DNA of 64,000 bases from Escherichia coli (GCF_044324785.1 NZ_CP172127.1), one strand, 5' to 3'. Counted from the stretch's first letter, positions 10,878 through 24,809 are shown. Numbers and translations are program-made. The notes: generated by a model not told the origin, from the letters alone.

Positions 10878-11861
10878 ATGCCTAAAAAAATGAGAACAAC
10901 CCGTAATCTATTATTAATGGCTACGCTATTAGGTAGCGCACTATTCGCCAGGGCTGCGGATAAAGAAATGACCATTGGCGCAATATACCTTGATACCCAG
11001 GGATATTACGCTGGCGTGCGTCAGGGCGTTCAGGATGCGGCAAAAGATTCTTCAGTACAGGTACAGTTAATTGAAACTAACGCCCAGGGTGATATTTCGA
11101 AAGAAAGTACCTTTGTTGATACCCTCGTGGCGCGTAATGTCGATGCCATTATTTTATCGGCAGTGTCTGAAAATGGCAGTAGCCGTACCGTTCGTCGCGC
11201 CAGTGAAGCGGGTATTCCGGTGATTTGCTACAACACCTGTATTAATCAAAAAGGCGTCGATAAATATGTCTCGGCGTATCTGGTCGGCGATCCGCTGGAA
11301 TTTGGTAAAAAACTGGGTAACGCTGCCGCCGATTATTTTATTGCCAACAAAATTGACCAGCCGAAAATTGCCGTTATCAATTGCGAAGCCTTTGAAGTTT
11401 GTGTGCAACGACGTAAAGGGTTTGAAGAAGTATTAAAAGCCCGCGTTCCCGGCGCGCAAATTGTCGCTAATCAGGAAGGGACTGTTTTAGATAAAGCGAT
11501 TTCCGTTGGTGAAAAACTAATTATCTCCACGCCGGATCTCAACGCCATTATGGGCGAATCGGGCGGTGCGACACTCGGCGCGGTAAAAGCGGTACGTAAT
11601 CAAAATCAGGCCGGAAAAATTGCTGTTTTCGGTTCTGATATGACCACTGAAATTGCTCAGGAGCTGGAAAACAACCAGGTGCTGAAAGCGGTGGTGGATA
11701 TTTCCGGTAAGAAAATGGGCAATGCTGTTTTCGCGCAAACTTTGAAGGTTATCAATAAACAAGCCGACGGTGAAAAAGTGATTCAGGTGCCTATCGATCT
11801 CTATACCAAAACGGAAGACGGTAAACAGTGGCTGGCAACGCACGTTGATGGTCTGCCCTAA
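10878..11861 (+). CDS. yphF: Periplasmic sugar-binding protein of an ABC transporter
   Basis: 327-aa ORF with signal peptide (MRTTRNLLLMATLLGSALFARA) and periplasmic-binding-protein fold features. Confidence 0.85.
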   Translation: MPKKMRTTRNLLLMATLLGSALFARAADKEMTIGAIYLDTQGYYAGVRQGVQDAAKDSSVQVQLIETNAQGDISKESTFVDTLVARNVDAIILSAVSENGSSRTVRRASEAGIPVICYNTCINQKGVDKYVSAYLVGDPLEFGKKLGNAAADYFIANKIDQPKIAVINCEAFEVCVQRRKGFEEVLKARVPGAQIVANQEGTVLDKAISVGEKLIISTPDLNAIMGESGGATLGAVKAVRNQNQAGKIAVFGSDMTTEIAQELENNQVLKAVVDISGKKMGNAVFAQTLKVINKQADGEKVIQVPIDLYTKTEDGKQWLATHVDGLP

Positions 11862-11883
11862 TCGCTGATTCGCAGAGGTCCCT

Positions 11884-13395
11884 ATGTTCACGGCAACAGA
11901 GGCAGTCCCGGTAGCAAAAGTGGTGGCAGGAAATAAGCGTTATCCCGGCGTCGTTGCGTTGGATAACGTTAACTTCACGCTCAATAAAGGCGAAGTTCGT
12001 GCGCTGTTAGGCAAAAACGGCGCGGGCAAATCGACCCTCATTCGAATGCTTACCGGTAGCGAACGTCCGGATAGCGGTGATATCTGGATTGGCGAGACGT
12101 GACTGGAAGGTGACGAAGCTACGCTGACTCGCCGTGCCGCTGAACTGGGGGTACGCGCGGTTTATCAGGAGTTAAGTCTGGTGGAAGGGCTGACGGTGGC
12201 GGAAAACCTCTGCCTCGGTCAATGGCCCCGCCGCAACGGCATGATTGATTACCCGCAAATGGCGCAGGATGCCCAACGTTGCTTACTGGCGCTGGGCGTT
12301 GACGTTAGTCCTGAACAACTTGTTTCAACACTAAGCCCGGCGCAAAAGCAGCTGGTGGAAATTGCGCGGGTGATGAAAGGCGAGCCGCGCGTGGTCATTC
12401 TTGATGAACCTACCAGTTCGCTTGCCAGTGCGGAAGTTGAACTGGTGATCAGCGCGGTTAAAAAGATGTCGGCACTGGGCGTGGCGGTGATTTATGTCAG
12501 CCACCGGATGGAAGAAATTCGCCGCATTGCCTCCTGTGCCACCGTTATGCGCGATGGTCAGGTGGCGGGCGATGTGATGCTCGAAAACACCTCCACGCAT
12601 CATATTGTGTCGCTAATGCTCGGGCGCGATCACGTTGATATTGCGCCGGTTTCCCCTCAGGAAATTGTCGATCAGGCCGTGCTGGAAGTCCGTGCGTTAC
12701 GCCATAAGCCCAAGCTGGAGGATATCAGCTTTACGCTCCGTCGTGGCGAAGTACTCGGCATTGCTGGCCTGCTGGGGGCAGGGCGCAGTGAATTGTTGAA
12801 AGCCATAGTTGGGCTGGATACGTATGAACAGGGCGAAATTGTTATCAACGGCGAGAAAATCACGCGCCCCGATTACGGCGACATGCTGAAACGCGGCATT
12901 GGCTATACGCCAGAAAACCGCAAAGAAGCGGGGATCATTCCCTGGCTGGGCGTTGACGAAAATACGGTGCTGACCAATCGGCAAAAAATCAGCGCCAACG
13001 GTGTGCTGCAATGGTCCACCATCCGCCGCCTGACCGAAGAGGTGATGCAGCGGATGACGGTCAAGGCCGCCAGTAGCGAAACGCCCATCGGCACGCTTTC
13101 TGGCGGCAATCAGCAAAAAGTGGTGATCGGTCGTTGGGTCTATGCCGCCAGCCAGATTTTGTTGCTCGACGAGCCAACGCGTGGCGTCGATATCGAAGCC
13201 AAACAGCAGATTTACCGTATTGTCCGCGAGCTGGCTGCCGAAGGAAAAAGCGTGGTGTTTATCTCCAGTGAAGTGGAGGAGTTGCCGCTGGTGTGTGACC
13301 GCATCCTGTTATTACAGCACGGCACGTTCTCGCAGGAGTTTCACGCTCCGGTCAATGTGGATGAGCTGATGTCCGCCATTCTGTCTGTGCACTGA
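11884..13395 (+). pseudogene. yphE: Sugar ABC transporter ATP-binding protein with duplicated ABC domains, interrupted by an in-frame TGA at 12100-12102 (codon 73)
   Basis: ORFs 11884..12102 and 12181..13395 are in the same frame; the 26 codons between them have no stop and read as ABC ATPase sequence; Walker [10 protein letters not shown] lies upstream of the stop; uninterrupted length would be 503 aa. Confidence 0.7.
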
Positions 13396-13419
13396 TGAAT
13401 TTTACCGAGGAACCTGAAG

Positions 13420-14418
13420 ATGTCTGCTTCGTCATTACCATTGCCGCAGGGCAAGAGCGTCTCGCTCAAACAATTTGTCAGTCGCCATATTAATGAGATC
13501 GGTTTGCTGGTGGTGATTGCCATTCTTTATCTGGTCTTCTCCCTGAACGCGCCTGGCTTTATCTCATTGAATAACCAGATGAACGTGCTGCGCGATGCCG
13601 CCACCATCGGGATCGCCGCCTGGGCGATGACGCTGATTATTATCTCTGGTGAAATTGATGTCAGCGTTGGGCCGATGGTGGCTTTTGTCTCGGTGTGCCT
13701 GGCATTTTTGCTGCAATTTGAAGTTCCGCTGGCGGTGGCGTGTCTGCTGGTGTTGCTGTTAGGCGCGCTGATGGGAACGCTGGCCGGGGTGCTGCGCGGC
13801 GTGTTTAACGTACCAAGTTTCGTGGCCACGCTGGGGCTGTGGAGCGCCCTGCGCGGAATGGGGCTGTTTATGACCAACGCACTGCCAGTGCCGATTGACG
13901 AAAATGAGGTGTTGGACTGGTTGGGGGGACAATTTCTCGGTGTGCCGGTATCTGCGCTGATCATGATGGTGCTGTTTGCGCTGTTTGTGTTCATTAGCCG
14001 CAAAACCGCCTTCGGGCGCTCGGTTTTTGCCGTTGGCGGTAATGCCACGGCGGCGCAGTTATGCGGTATTAACGTTCGTCGGGTACGCATTCTTATTTTT
14101 ACCCTTTCGGGATTATTAGCAGCGGTGACCGGCATTTTGTTGGCGGCGCGCCTCGGTTCTGGTAACGCAGGTGCGGCAAACGGTCTGGAGTTTGACGTCA
14201 TCGCCGCGGTCGTGGTCGGCGGTACGGCACTTTCCGGCGGTCGCGGTTCCCTGTTCGGTACATTGCTTGGTGTGCTGGTGATTACGCTAATCGGTAACGG
14301 TCTGGTGCTGCTCGGTATTAACTCCTTTTTCCAGCAGGTGGTACGCGGCGTCATCATCGTGGTGGCGGTGCTGGCGAATATCTTGCTGACCCAGCGAAGC
14401 AGTAAAGCGAAACGCTAA
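13420..14418 (+). CDS. yphD: ABC transporter permease (ribose/monosaccharide type)
   Basis: 332-aa highly hydrophobic multi-pass protein directly downstream of the ATPase gene. Confidence 0.85.
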   Translation: MSASSLPLPQGKSVSLKQFVSRHINEIGLLVVIAILYLVFSLNAPGFISLNNQMNVLRDAATIGIAAWAMTLIIISGEIDVSVGPMVAFVSVCLAFLLQFEVPLAVACLLVLLLGALMGTLAGVLRGVFNVPSFVATLGLWSALRGMGLFMTNALPVPIDENEVLDWLGGQFLGVPVSALIMMVLFALFVFISRKTAFGRSVFAVGGNATAAQLCGINVRRVRILIFTLSGLLAAVTGILLAARLGSGNAGAANGLEFDVIAAVVVGGTALSGGRGSLFGTLLGVLVITLIGNGLVLLGINSFFQQVVRGVIIVVAVLANILLTQRSSKAKR

Positions 14419-14483
14419 ACCTTAACGCCCCTGGCGCGGGTGCGGCAGGGATGAAAATTAATCGTATTGTTAATGAGGGATTT

Positions 14484-15545
14484 ATGAAAACGATGCTGGC
14501 AGCTTATTTACCAGGAAATTCGACCGTCGATCTGCGGGAAGTTGCGGTGCCGACGCCGGGGATTAACCAGGTACTGATCAAAATGAAATCCTCCGGAATT
14601 TGCGGAAGCGATGTCCACTATATCTACCACCAGCACCGCGCTACGGCGGCGGCACCCGATAAACCGTTATACCAGGGATTTATCAACGGTCATGAACCGT
14701 GCGGGCAAATTGTGGCGATGGGGCAAGGCTGCCGCCATTTTAAAGAGGGCGACCGTGTGCTGGTGTATCATATTTCTGGCTGTGGTTTTTGCCCGAACTG
14801 CCGTCGTGGTTTTCCTATCTCTTGTACTGGCGAAGGAAAAGCGGCTTACGGCTGGCAGCGTGACGGCGGCCATGCTGAATACCTGCTGGCGGAAGAAAAA
14901 GATCTGATCCTGCTCCCGGACGCGCTGAGCTATGAAGATGGTGCGTTTATCAGTTGCGGCGTTGGTACAGCGTATGAAGGGATTTTGCGCGGCGAAGTTT
15001 CCGGCAGTGATAACGTGCTGGTGGTCGGTCTGGGGCCGGTCGGCATGATGGCGATGATGCTGGCGAAAGGTCGCGGTGCAAAACGGATCATCGGCGTTGA
15101 TATGCTGCCGGAACGTCTGGCGATGGCAAAACAGTTAGGGGTGATGGATCACGGCTATTTAGCGACCACCGAAGGTCTGCCGCAGATAATTGCTGAACTT
15201 ACCCACGGTGGCGCGGATGTTGCGCTCGATTGTTCTGGTAATGCCGCAGGTCGCTTGCTGGCACTGCGATCCACCGCTGACTGGGGACGGGTGGTTTACA
15301 TCGGAGAAACCGGAAAAGTGGAGTTCGAGGTCAGCGCCGATCTGATGCACCATCAACGGCGGATTATCGGCTCCTGGGTGACCAGTCTGTTCCATATGGA
15401 AAAATGCGCCCATGATCTGACGGACTGGAAACTGTGGCCGCGTAACGCCATTACCCATCGCTTCACGCTGGAACAGGCAGGTGATGCCTATGCGCTGATG
15501 GCGAGCGGCAAATGCGGGAAAGTTGTGATTAACTTCCCGGATTAA
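14484..15545 (+). CDS. yphC: Zinc-dependent alcohol/polyol dehydrogenase (MDR family)
   Basis: GHE zinc-ligand motif (GHEPCG), structural-zinc Cys cluster (CGFCPNCRRG), Rossmann motif (VVGLGPVG); start chosen at MKTMLAAYL (353 aa). Confidence 0.85.
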   Translation: MKTMLAAYLPGNSTVDLREVAVPTPGINQVLIKMKSSGICGSDVHYIYHQHRATAAAPDKPLYQGFINGHEPCGQIVAMGQGCRHFKEGDRVLVYHISGCGFCPNCRRGFPISCTGEGKAAYGWQRDGGHAEYLLAEEKDLILLPDALSYEDGAFISCGVGTAYEGILRGEVSGSDNVLVVGLGPVGMMAMMLAKGRGAKRIIGVDMLPERLAMAKQLGVMDHGYLATTEGLPQIIAELTHGGADVALDCSGNAAGRLLALRSTADWGRVVYIGETGKVEFEVSADLMHHQRRIIGSWVTSLFHMEKCAHDLTDWKLWPRNAITHRFTLEQAGDAYALMASGKCGKVVINFPD

Positions 15546-15556
15546 GGAGTTAGCGG

Positions 15557-16429
15557 ATGACCATCTATACCTTGTCCCACGGGTCGCTAAAGCTGGGCGT
15601 TTCTGACCAGGGCGGCGTAATCGAAGGCTTCTGGCGCGATACGACGCCGCTCTTACGTCCTGGTAAAAAAAGCGGTGTGGCAACCGATGCCTCTTGTTTT
15701 CCGCTGGTGCCATTTGCAAACCGGGTGAGCGGCAACCGTTTTGTCTGGCAGGGGCGTGAGTATCAACTGCAACCGAATGTTGAGTGGGATGCGCACTATC
15801 TGCACGGCGACGGCTGGCTGGGGCAGTGGCAATGTGTCTCGCGCAGCGAAGATAGCTTGTGTCTGGTGTATGAACATCGCAGCGGTGTTTATCACTATCG
15901 GGTAAGTCAGGCGTTTCATTTAACGGCGGATACGCTGACGGTGACGCTCTCTGTCACCAATCAAGGGGCAGAGACGCTGCCATTTGGTACCGGCTGGCAT
16001 CCTTATTTTCCGTTGTCACCACAAACGCGGATTCAGGCGCAGGCGAGCGGTTACTGGCTGGAGCGGGAGCAGTGGCTGGCGGGTGAGTTTTGCGAGCAGC
16101 TACCGCAGGAGCTGGATTTCAACCAGCTCGCGCCGTTGCCGCACCAGTGGGTAAACAATGGCTTTGCCGGATGGAATGGTCAGGCCCGCATCGAGCAGCC
16201 GCAGGAGGGTTATGCCATCATCATGGAAACGACGCCACCTGCACCATGTTATTTCATCTTTGTTTCCGACCCGGCGTTTGATAAAGGATATGCGTTTGAT
16301 TTCTTCTGTCTGGAACCGATGAGCCATGCGCCGGATGACCATCATCGCCCGGAAGGGGGTGATCTCATTGCGCTTGCACCAGGGGAATCAACAACTTCAG
16401 AGATGTCGTTGCGGGTTGCGTTACTGTAA
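15557..16429 (+). CDS. yphB: Aldose 1-epimerase family protein
   Basis: 290-aa ORF in the sugar-utilisation cluster; assigned from gene order and length rather than a specific motif. Confidence 0.8.
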   Translation: MTIYTLSHGSLKLGVSDQGGVIEGFWRDTTPLLRPGKKSGVATDASCFPLVPFANRVSGNRFVWQGREYQLQPNVEWDAHYLHGDGWLGQWQCVSRSEDSLCLVYEHRSGVYHYRVSQAFHLTADTLTVTLSVTNQGAETLPFGTGWHPYFPLSPQTRIQAQASGYWLEREQWLAGEFCEQLPQELDFNQLAPLPHQWVNNGFAGWNGQARIEQPQEGYAIIMETTPPAPCYFIFVSDPAFDKGYAFDFFCLEPMSHAPDDHHRPEGGDLIALAPGESTTSEMSLRVALL

Positions 16430-16437
16430 TTTATAAA

Positions 16438-16471
16438 ATGCCGGATAAGGCGTTCACGCCGCATCCGGCAT
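16438..16471. repeat. REP element between the convergent yphB and yphA
   Basis: Palindrome atgccggataaggcgttcacgccgcatccggcat. Confidence 0.5.
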
Positions 16472-16475
16472 GTTT

Positions 16476-16898
16476 TTAACGCCGATCGAGAGAAATTGCC
16501 CCCGGCCCGGTAATTGCCAACAGCAGGAATGCGCCAGCGATACTGACATTCTTCCAGAAATTAATCATATTTGGCCCAACCGCATCGCCGGTCATATCCC
16601 AGTAATGGTGACCAATTACCGCTGTACCCAGCGTGTAGAAAATAAACAGCACCGCCAGCGGACGGGTGAAAAAGCCAAGCACGATTAATATCGCGGCGGG
16701 CACTTCCATAACTACCGCAATAATCGCTGCCAGCATCGGCATTGGCGCGCCCAGCGAGGCCATATATTGGACCGTACCGTCAAAACCCATCATTTTGGGA
16801 AAACCAAAAATAATGAAAATTAAGACCACGGCGATACGGGCAATTAATAACAAAACGGGGCGTGCAGCACCAAAATCAAAATAACGTAGTGAGTTCAT
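16476..16898 (-). CDS. yphA: DoxX-family inner membrane protein
   Basis: Hydrophobic 140-aa protein starting [10 protein letters not shown]; the ORF-track upstream extension (MPGAWRG...) was rejected. Confidence 0.8.
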   Translation of the reverse strand: MNSLRYFDFGAARPVLLLIARIAVVLIFIIFGFPKMMGFDGTVQYMASLGAPMPMLAAIIAVVMEVPAAILIVLGFFTRPLAVLFIFYTLGTAVIGHHYWDMTGDAVGPNMINFWKNVSIAGAFLLLAITGPGAISLDRR

Positions 16899-16994
16899 AA
16901 CCAATCCCTTTGCAAGATAATGTGATTTAAACGTAATACACACTCTGGTACCTCGCCACGCCCCAGGCATTGAGATATTCGCTAATTATCCTGG

Positions 16995-18206
<1,212 letters not shown>

Positions 18207-19019
18207 TTAAAGATCCAGCCCAGCCGCTACGTGGCGAATGCCGCGAATCGCTAAACCCGCATCAGCGTTGATCATCACACCGCTTAATGCGCGATTATTG
18301 CGCCGCGATGCCAACATCACATACGGACCCGTAAAATCCGCCGGTTGCGGGAAAAATTGCAGCGGTAAAATGGCGGCAATTTTCTCAGGCGTCAGAGACT
18401 GCATTATCGAGGTTTCACTTTGCCCGAGCGCCTGTGGGCCGCGCAGGTCGCTGGCCATACCACACGGGCCGACGCCATTCACCCGCACTTTCGGTGCCAG
18501 TTCATAAGCCAGTTGGCGAATAAGTCCGGTTGCGGCATGTTTACTGGCGGTGTACAGCGGGCCACCGCCGCCGGGATACCAGGCGGCGTTTGACAGTGTG
18601 AAAATCATGCTGCCTTCACTGGCGATTAACGCCGGAGCGCAGGCTTTTGCGCCCAGCAGGTAACCGAGTACGTTGACGTTAAACAGCTCGTGGAAGCCAG
18701 TTTCGAGCGTCTCTGCAGGAGTATTAACCAGTGAGGCATTGTGATCCCAGATGCCCGCATTGCCGATAAAACAATCCAGCTTGCCAGAACGAGTCAGGAT
18801 CTGATCGACCGCGCGTTGATAATCGGCATAACAGGTCACGTTACCTTCCACCGCCAGAATATGTTCGCCAAATCGCTGACGCAGACTGGCGACTTTTGCC
18901 GCCGACAGTTCCAGCGTGGCAACCTGCGCGCCTTCTTCGATAAATCGCTCGACCAGCGCCAGGCCTAATCCCGATCCGCCGCCGGTAATAAAGATGGACT
19001 CGTTATGCAGATCGCTCAT
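18207..19019 (-). CDS. hcaB: Short-chain dehydrogenase: 2,3-dihydroxy-2,3-dihydrophenylpropionate dehydrogenase
   Basis: 270-aa SDR with TGGGSGLG cofactor motif and YxxxK active site (YTASKHA). Confidence 0.9.
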
Positions 19020-19335
19020 GGCTGCGCCTCCGGTAAGTCGATGAAGATGTCACCACCTTCAACGTGTACTGGATAAGTGGTGAGCGGATCGGTGGCGGGC
19101 AGGCATAATGCTTTCCCCGTTTTCAGGCAAAAACTGGCGGCGTGCAGCGGGCACTCCACCGTGGCGTCATCTTCCAGATACCCTTCTGACATCGACGCAT
19201 TACCATGGCTGCAACGATCGTTAATGGCATAAAACTCGCCGCCTACGTTGAACAGGGCGATGACGGGCGAGGTATCGATCCGGAGAGCCTCACCCTCCGG
19301 CACATCCGCAACGGGACACGCATAAATTCGATTCA

Positions 19336-19336
<1 letters not shown>
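19016..19336 (-). CDS. hcaC: Rieske-type ferredoxin subunit of the dioxygenase
   Basis: 106-aa protein with Rieske motifs CSHG and CPLH; overlaps hcaB start by 4 bp. Confidence 0.9.
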
Positions 19337-21248
<1,912 letters not shown>

Positions 21249-21347
21249 CTATTTTTGTGCCATAAGGATGTTGCTGGTTGGTTGCTAATATGTGAAATAG
21301 TTAATTTCTACCAGCTGAGACGTTTTTTCGATAACAAGGGGAAGGTG

Positions 21348-22238
21348 ATGGAACTACGGCATTTACGCTATTTCGTCGCAGTGGCGCAGGCACTGAACTT
21401 TACCCGTGCGGCGGAAAAACTGCATACCTCACAGCCTTCGTTAAGCAGCCAGATCCGCGATCTTGAAAACTGTGTCGGTGTTCCGTTGCTGGTGAGGGAT
21501 AAGCGCAAAGTCGCGTTGACGGCGGCGGGAGAATGTTTTCTCCAGGACGCGCTGGCAATCCTCGAACAAGCGGAAAATGCCAAATTACGGGCGCGGAAAA
21601 TTGTTCAGGAAGACAGACAATTAACCATTGGCTTTGTGCCATCGGCGGAAGTGAATTTACTGCCAAAAGTATTACCGATGTTTCGTCTCAGACAGCCAGA
21701 TACCTTAATTGAGCTGGTGAGTTTAATCACCACGGAACAGGAAGAAAAAATTCGCCGTGGTGAACTCGACGTCGGCTTAATGCGCCATCCTGTTTATAGC
21801 CCGGAGATTGATTATCTGGAGCTTTTTGACGAACCATTAGTGGTGGTGTTACCGGTTGATCACCCTTTAGCACATGAAAAAGAGATCACTGCCGCGCAAC
21901 TGGATGGCGTGAATTTCGTCAGTACTGATCCAGCGTATTCCGGTTCGCTTGCGCCGATCGTTAAAGCGTGGTTTGCGCAAGAAAACAGCCAGCCAAATAT
22001 CGTCCAGGTGGCAACGAATATTCTGGTGACCATGAATCTGGTGGGGATGGGGCTGGGCGTCACTTTGATACCCGGTTATATGAATAATTTTAATACCGGC
22101 CAGGTGGTATTTCGACCCATTGCCGGAAATGTGCCTTCCATTGCTTTACTGATGGCGTGGAAGAAAGGGGAGATGAAGCCGGCATTACGCGATTTCATCG
22201 CCATTGTGCAGGAACGTTTGGCAAGCGTAACGGCATAA
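21348..22238 (+). CDS. hcaR: LysR-family activator of the hca operon
   Basis: LysR HTH (MELRHLRYFVAVAQALNFTRAAEKLHTSQPSLS); divergent from hcaE; start trimmed from the ORF-track extension to give 296 aa. Confidence 0.85.
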   Translation: MELRHLRYFVAVAQALNFTRAAEKLHTSQPSLSSQIRDLENCVGVPLLVRDKRKVALTAAGECFLQDALAILEQAENAKLRARKIVQEDRQLTIGFVPSAEVNLLPKVLPMFRLRQPDTLIELVSLITTEQEEKIRRGELDVGLMRHPVYSPEIDYLELFDEPLVVVLPVDHPLAHEKEITAAQLDGVNFVSTDPAYSGSLAPIVKAWFAQENSQPNIVQVATNILVTMNLVGMGLGVTLIPGYMNNFNTGQVVFRPIAGNVPSIALLMAWKKGEMKPALRDFIAIVQERLASVTA

Positions 22239-22397
22239 TTACGCATTATTTTTGCAACATGCGTCGCGGATCGCAGTTTTTTAGTGCTTGTGAACTGGTG
22301 TTACAGACATCGGGAAGCAGGCTCGAATATTCTTATTTTTCAACTTGCACCAACATTCGATTAACCCCAGACTAACGCCTCCTGACGGGAGGGACTC

Positions 22398-23537
22398 ATG
22401 GTTTTGCAATCCACGCGCTGGTTGGCGCTCGGCTATTTCACATACTTTTTTAGTTACGGCATTTTTCTACCTTTCTGGAGCGTCTGGCTTAAGGGGATTG
22501 GTTTAACGCCAGAAACCATCGGCCTGTTATTGGGGGCAGGTCTGGTTGCCCGTTTTCTCGGGAGCTTGCTCATCGCGCCCCGCGTCAGCGATCCTTCTCG
22601 CCTGATTTCCGCCTTGCGCGTGCTGGCACTGCTGACACTTCTCTTTGCTGTCGCATTCTGGGCGGGGGCGCACGTAGCGTGGCTGATGCTGGTGATGATT
22701 GGCTTTAACCTCTTTTTCTCACCACTGGTACCGTTGACCGATGCACTGGCGAATACGTGGCAAAAGCAGTTCCCGCTTGATTACGGCAAAGTGCGATTGT
22801 GGGGCTCGGTGGCGTTTGTCATTGGCTCGGCGCTGACGGGCAAACTGGTCAGTATGTTTGATTATCGGGTGATCCTCGCGCTGTTGACGTTGGGCGTGGC
22901 ATCCATGCTGCTCGGCTTTCTCATCCGTCCGACGATTCAGCCACAAGGGGCAAGCCGCCAGCAGGAGAGCACCGGTTGGTCTGCGTGGTTGGCGTTGGTT
23001 CGCCAGAACTGGCGCTTTCTGGCCTGCGTTTGTTTATTGCAGGGGGCGCATGCGGCCTATTACGGTTTTAGCGCCATTTACTGGCAGGCTGCTGGCTACT
23101 CGGCCTCGGCGGTGGGCTATTTGTGGTCGCTGGGCGTGGTGGCGGAAGTCATTATCTTTGCGCTGAGTAATAAACTTTTCCGCCGTTGTAGTGCACGCGA
23201 TATGCTGTTGATCTCAGCGATTTGCGGCGTAGTGCGCTGGGGCATTATGGGAGTAACTACGGCGTTGCCGTGGTTGATAGTGGTGCAAATTCTGCATTGT
23301 GGCACCTTCACGGTCTGCCACCTGGCCGCCATGCGCTATATTGCCGCTCGCCAGGGTAGCGAAGTCATCCGTTTACAGGCGGTTTACTCTGCCGTCGCGA
23401 TGGGCGGCAGTATTGCGATCATGACCGTTTTCGCCGGTTTCCTGTATCAATATCTGGGGCACGGCGTGTTCTGGGTGATGGCGCTGGTGGCGCTTCCGGC
23501 AATGTTTTTGCGCCCGAAAGTTGTTCCCTCATGCTGA
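22398..23537 (+). CDS. hcaT: MFS transporter (probable phenylpropionate permease)
   Basis: 379-aa 12-TM-like hydrophobic protein following hcaR. Confidence 0.85.
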   Translation: MVLQSTRWLALGYFTYFFSYGIFLPFWSVWLKGIGLTPETIGLLLGAGLVARFLGSLLIAPRVSDPSRLISALRVLALLTLLFAVAFWAGAHVAWLMLVMIGFNLFFSPLVPLTDALANTWQKQFPLDYGKVRLWGSVAFVIGSALTGKLVSMFDYRVILALLTLGVASMLLGFLIRPTIQPQGASRQQESTGWSAWLALVRQNWRFLACVCLLQGAHAAYYGFSAIYWQAAGYSASAVGYLWSLGVVAEVIIFALSNKLFRRCSARDMLLISAICGVVRWGIMGVTTALPWLIVVQILHCGTFTVCHLAAMRYIAARQGSEVIRLQAVYSAVAMGGSIAIMTVFAGFLYQYLGHGVFWVMALVALPAMFLRPKVVPSC

Positions 23538-24809
23538 TTCGAGCATTTTGCGGATCTGCTCCTGTTGATGTGTTGTCAGCGTCAAGTCCGTATAGATCAG
23601 CGGTGGTGAAAAGAGCGGTAACGGCATGGTATAAGGCGCAATAATCAGTGCCGCGCCGCGCGGAGCGCCTGTCTGCAAAAATACCTTTACCGACATATGT
23701 TTAATGTTGAGCGGCAGTAACGTTAGTTCGCGTAGCTGCTGCTCAATCTGCGCTTCTCGCTCGCTATCATTCCCGGTCAGTAGAATAATCTGTTTCTCAT
23801 GCAGGTCGTTTTCCTGCATTAGCCAGGCACCGAAAATCACCGCGACCAGACCGCTTTCCTCATCAGAAAGATGGACGCCGTATTCACTTTCAAATCCGGC
23901 CAGCGCCGCGCGGGTGGTGCGCACCAGGCGTGGATACAGGCGGGCGAACTCTTCCGGCAGGGTGTTATCAATACCGATGGCAAACAAACTGCGATTTAAC
24001 GCCTGGGCGAGGTGGGTATAAAGCTGATCGCACAACCCCTGTTCATCATAAAAACGAACATTTCCCAGCTCACGAAAGTGGTTTACTAGACGTTTGATAG
24101 ACTTACGCAGTTGTCTGTCCCGCTGATGCGCATCCCGCAGTGGATCGGGAACCCGCAACATGGAAAAAAGTAATGCCATAAACAGTGGCTCATCAGGCGG
24201 TACAGGCTGGAGCGCCCGACGCTGCCAGTGGCGTCCAATTTCCTGCGCTACCTGAAATTCAAGGCAGGATTCCGCCCAGCGACGTTGGAGCGGATTAAAC
24301 TGAGGCGTAATTCCAGCGTGGTGTTGCAGCAAACAATATTGCAGATACAGACACAGGAAATGAATATCGCGCGTTTCAAAGCGTTTTTGCAGCCGTCGGG
24401 AGCAGAGATTCACTAACGCTTGTAGATTGGTATCGTCGTAAAAGTTACGCGCAATTCCGCGTCGCTTCAGTTCACTCTTCAGGGCGGGGGTGAAATGGCT
24501 GGTAATAAATGACGGACACAGACGGAAACCACGTCGTAGCCAGTGAAATAAACACAAACGTTGGTTAAGCACTGTACCTTCAACCCGGTAGCTACCGTCA
24601 TAACCAGTAGTCAGTGTGAGTTGATGATAGCGCAGGATCTCACGTCCTGTTTCGCTGATATCAAGACTGGCAATATCATCATCCACACCATTAAGCTCGC
24701 TGAAAGTTGCCGTGGTGGCGGTCAACCCCGGCTGAAAGAGTGTCAGCAAGATCTGGCAGCGGCGCTGGGGAGCCGAAAGGACAGATGGTGGAGCAAGCGT
24801 AGGCATCAT
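23529..24809 (-). CDS. csiE: Stationary-phase inducible protein CsiE
   Basis: About 426-aa ORF starting MMPTLAPP; 3' end overlaps the hcaT 3' end by 9 bp (convergent). Confidence 0.85.
   Translation of the reverse strand: MMPTLAPPSVLSAPQRRCQILLTLFQPGLTATTATFSELNGVDDDIASLDISETGREILRYHQLTLTTGYDGSYRVEGTVLNQRLCLFHWLRRGFRLCPSFITSHFTPALKSELKRRGIARNFYDDTNLQALVNLCSRRLQKRFETRDIHFLCLYLQYCLLQHHAGITPQFNPLQRRWAESCLEFQVAQEIGRHWQRRALQPVPPDEPLFMALLFSMLRVPDPLRDAHQRDRQLRKSIKRLVNHFRELGNVRFYDEQGLCDQLYTHLAQALNRSLFAIGIDNTLPEEFARLYPRLVRTTRAALAGFESEYGVHLSDEESGLVAVIFGAWLMQENDLHEKQIILLTGNDSEREAQIEQQLRELTLLPLNIKHMSVKVFLQTGAPRGAALIIAPYTMPLPLFSPPLIYTDLTLTTHQQEQIRKMLESA

Noticed and set aside
12100-12102. Possibility that the yphE TGA encodes selenocysteine
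   Set aside because: No SECIS-like hairpin immediately downstream, and ABC ATPases are not selenoproteins; a nonsense mutation or sequencing error is far more likely.
13527-14357. 276-aa - strand ORF antisense to yphD
   Set aside because: Pro/Ser/Thr/Arg-rich translation typical of the reverse frame of a membrane-protein gene.
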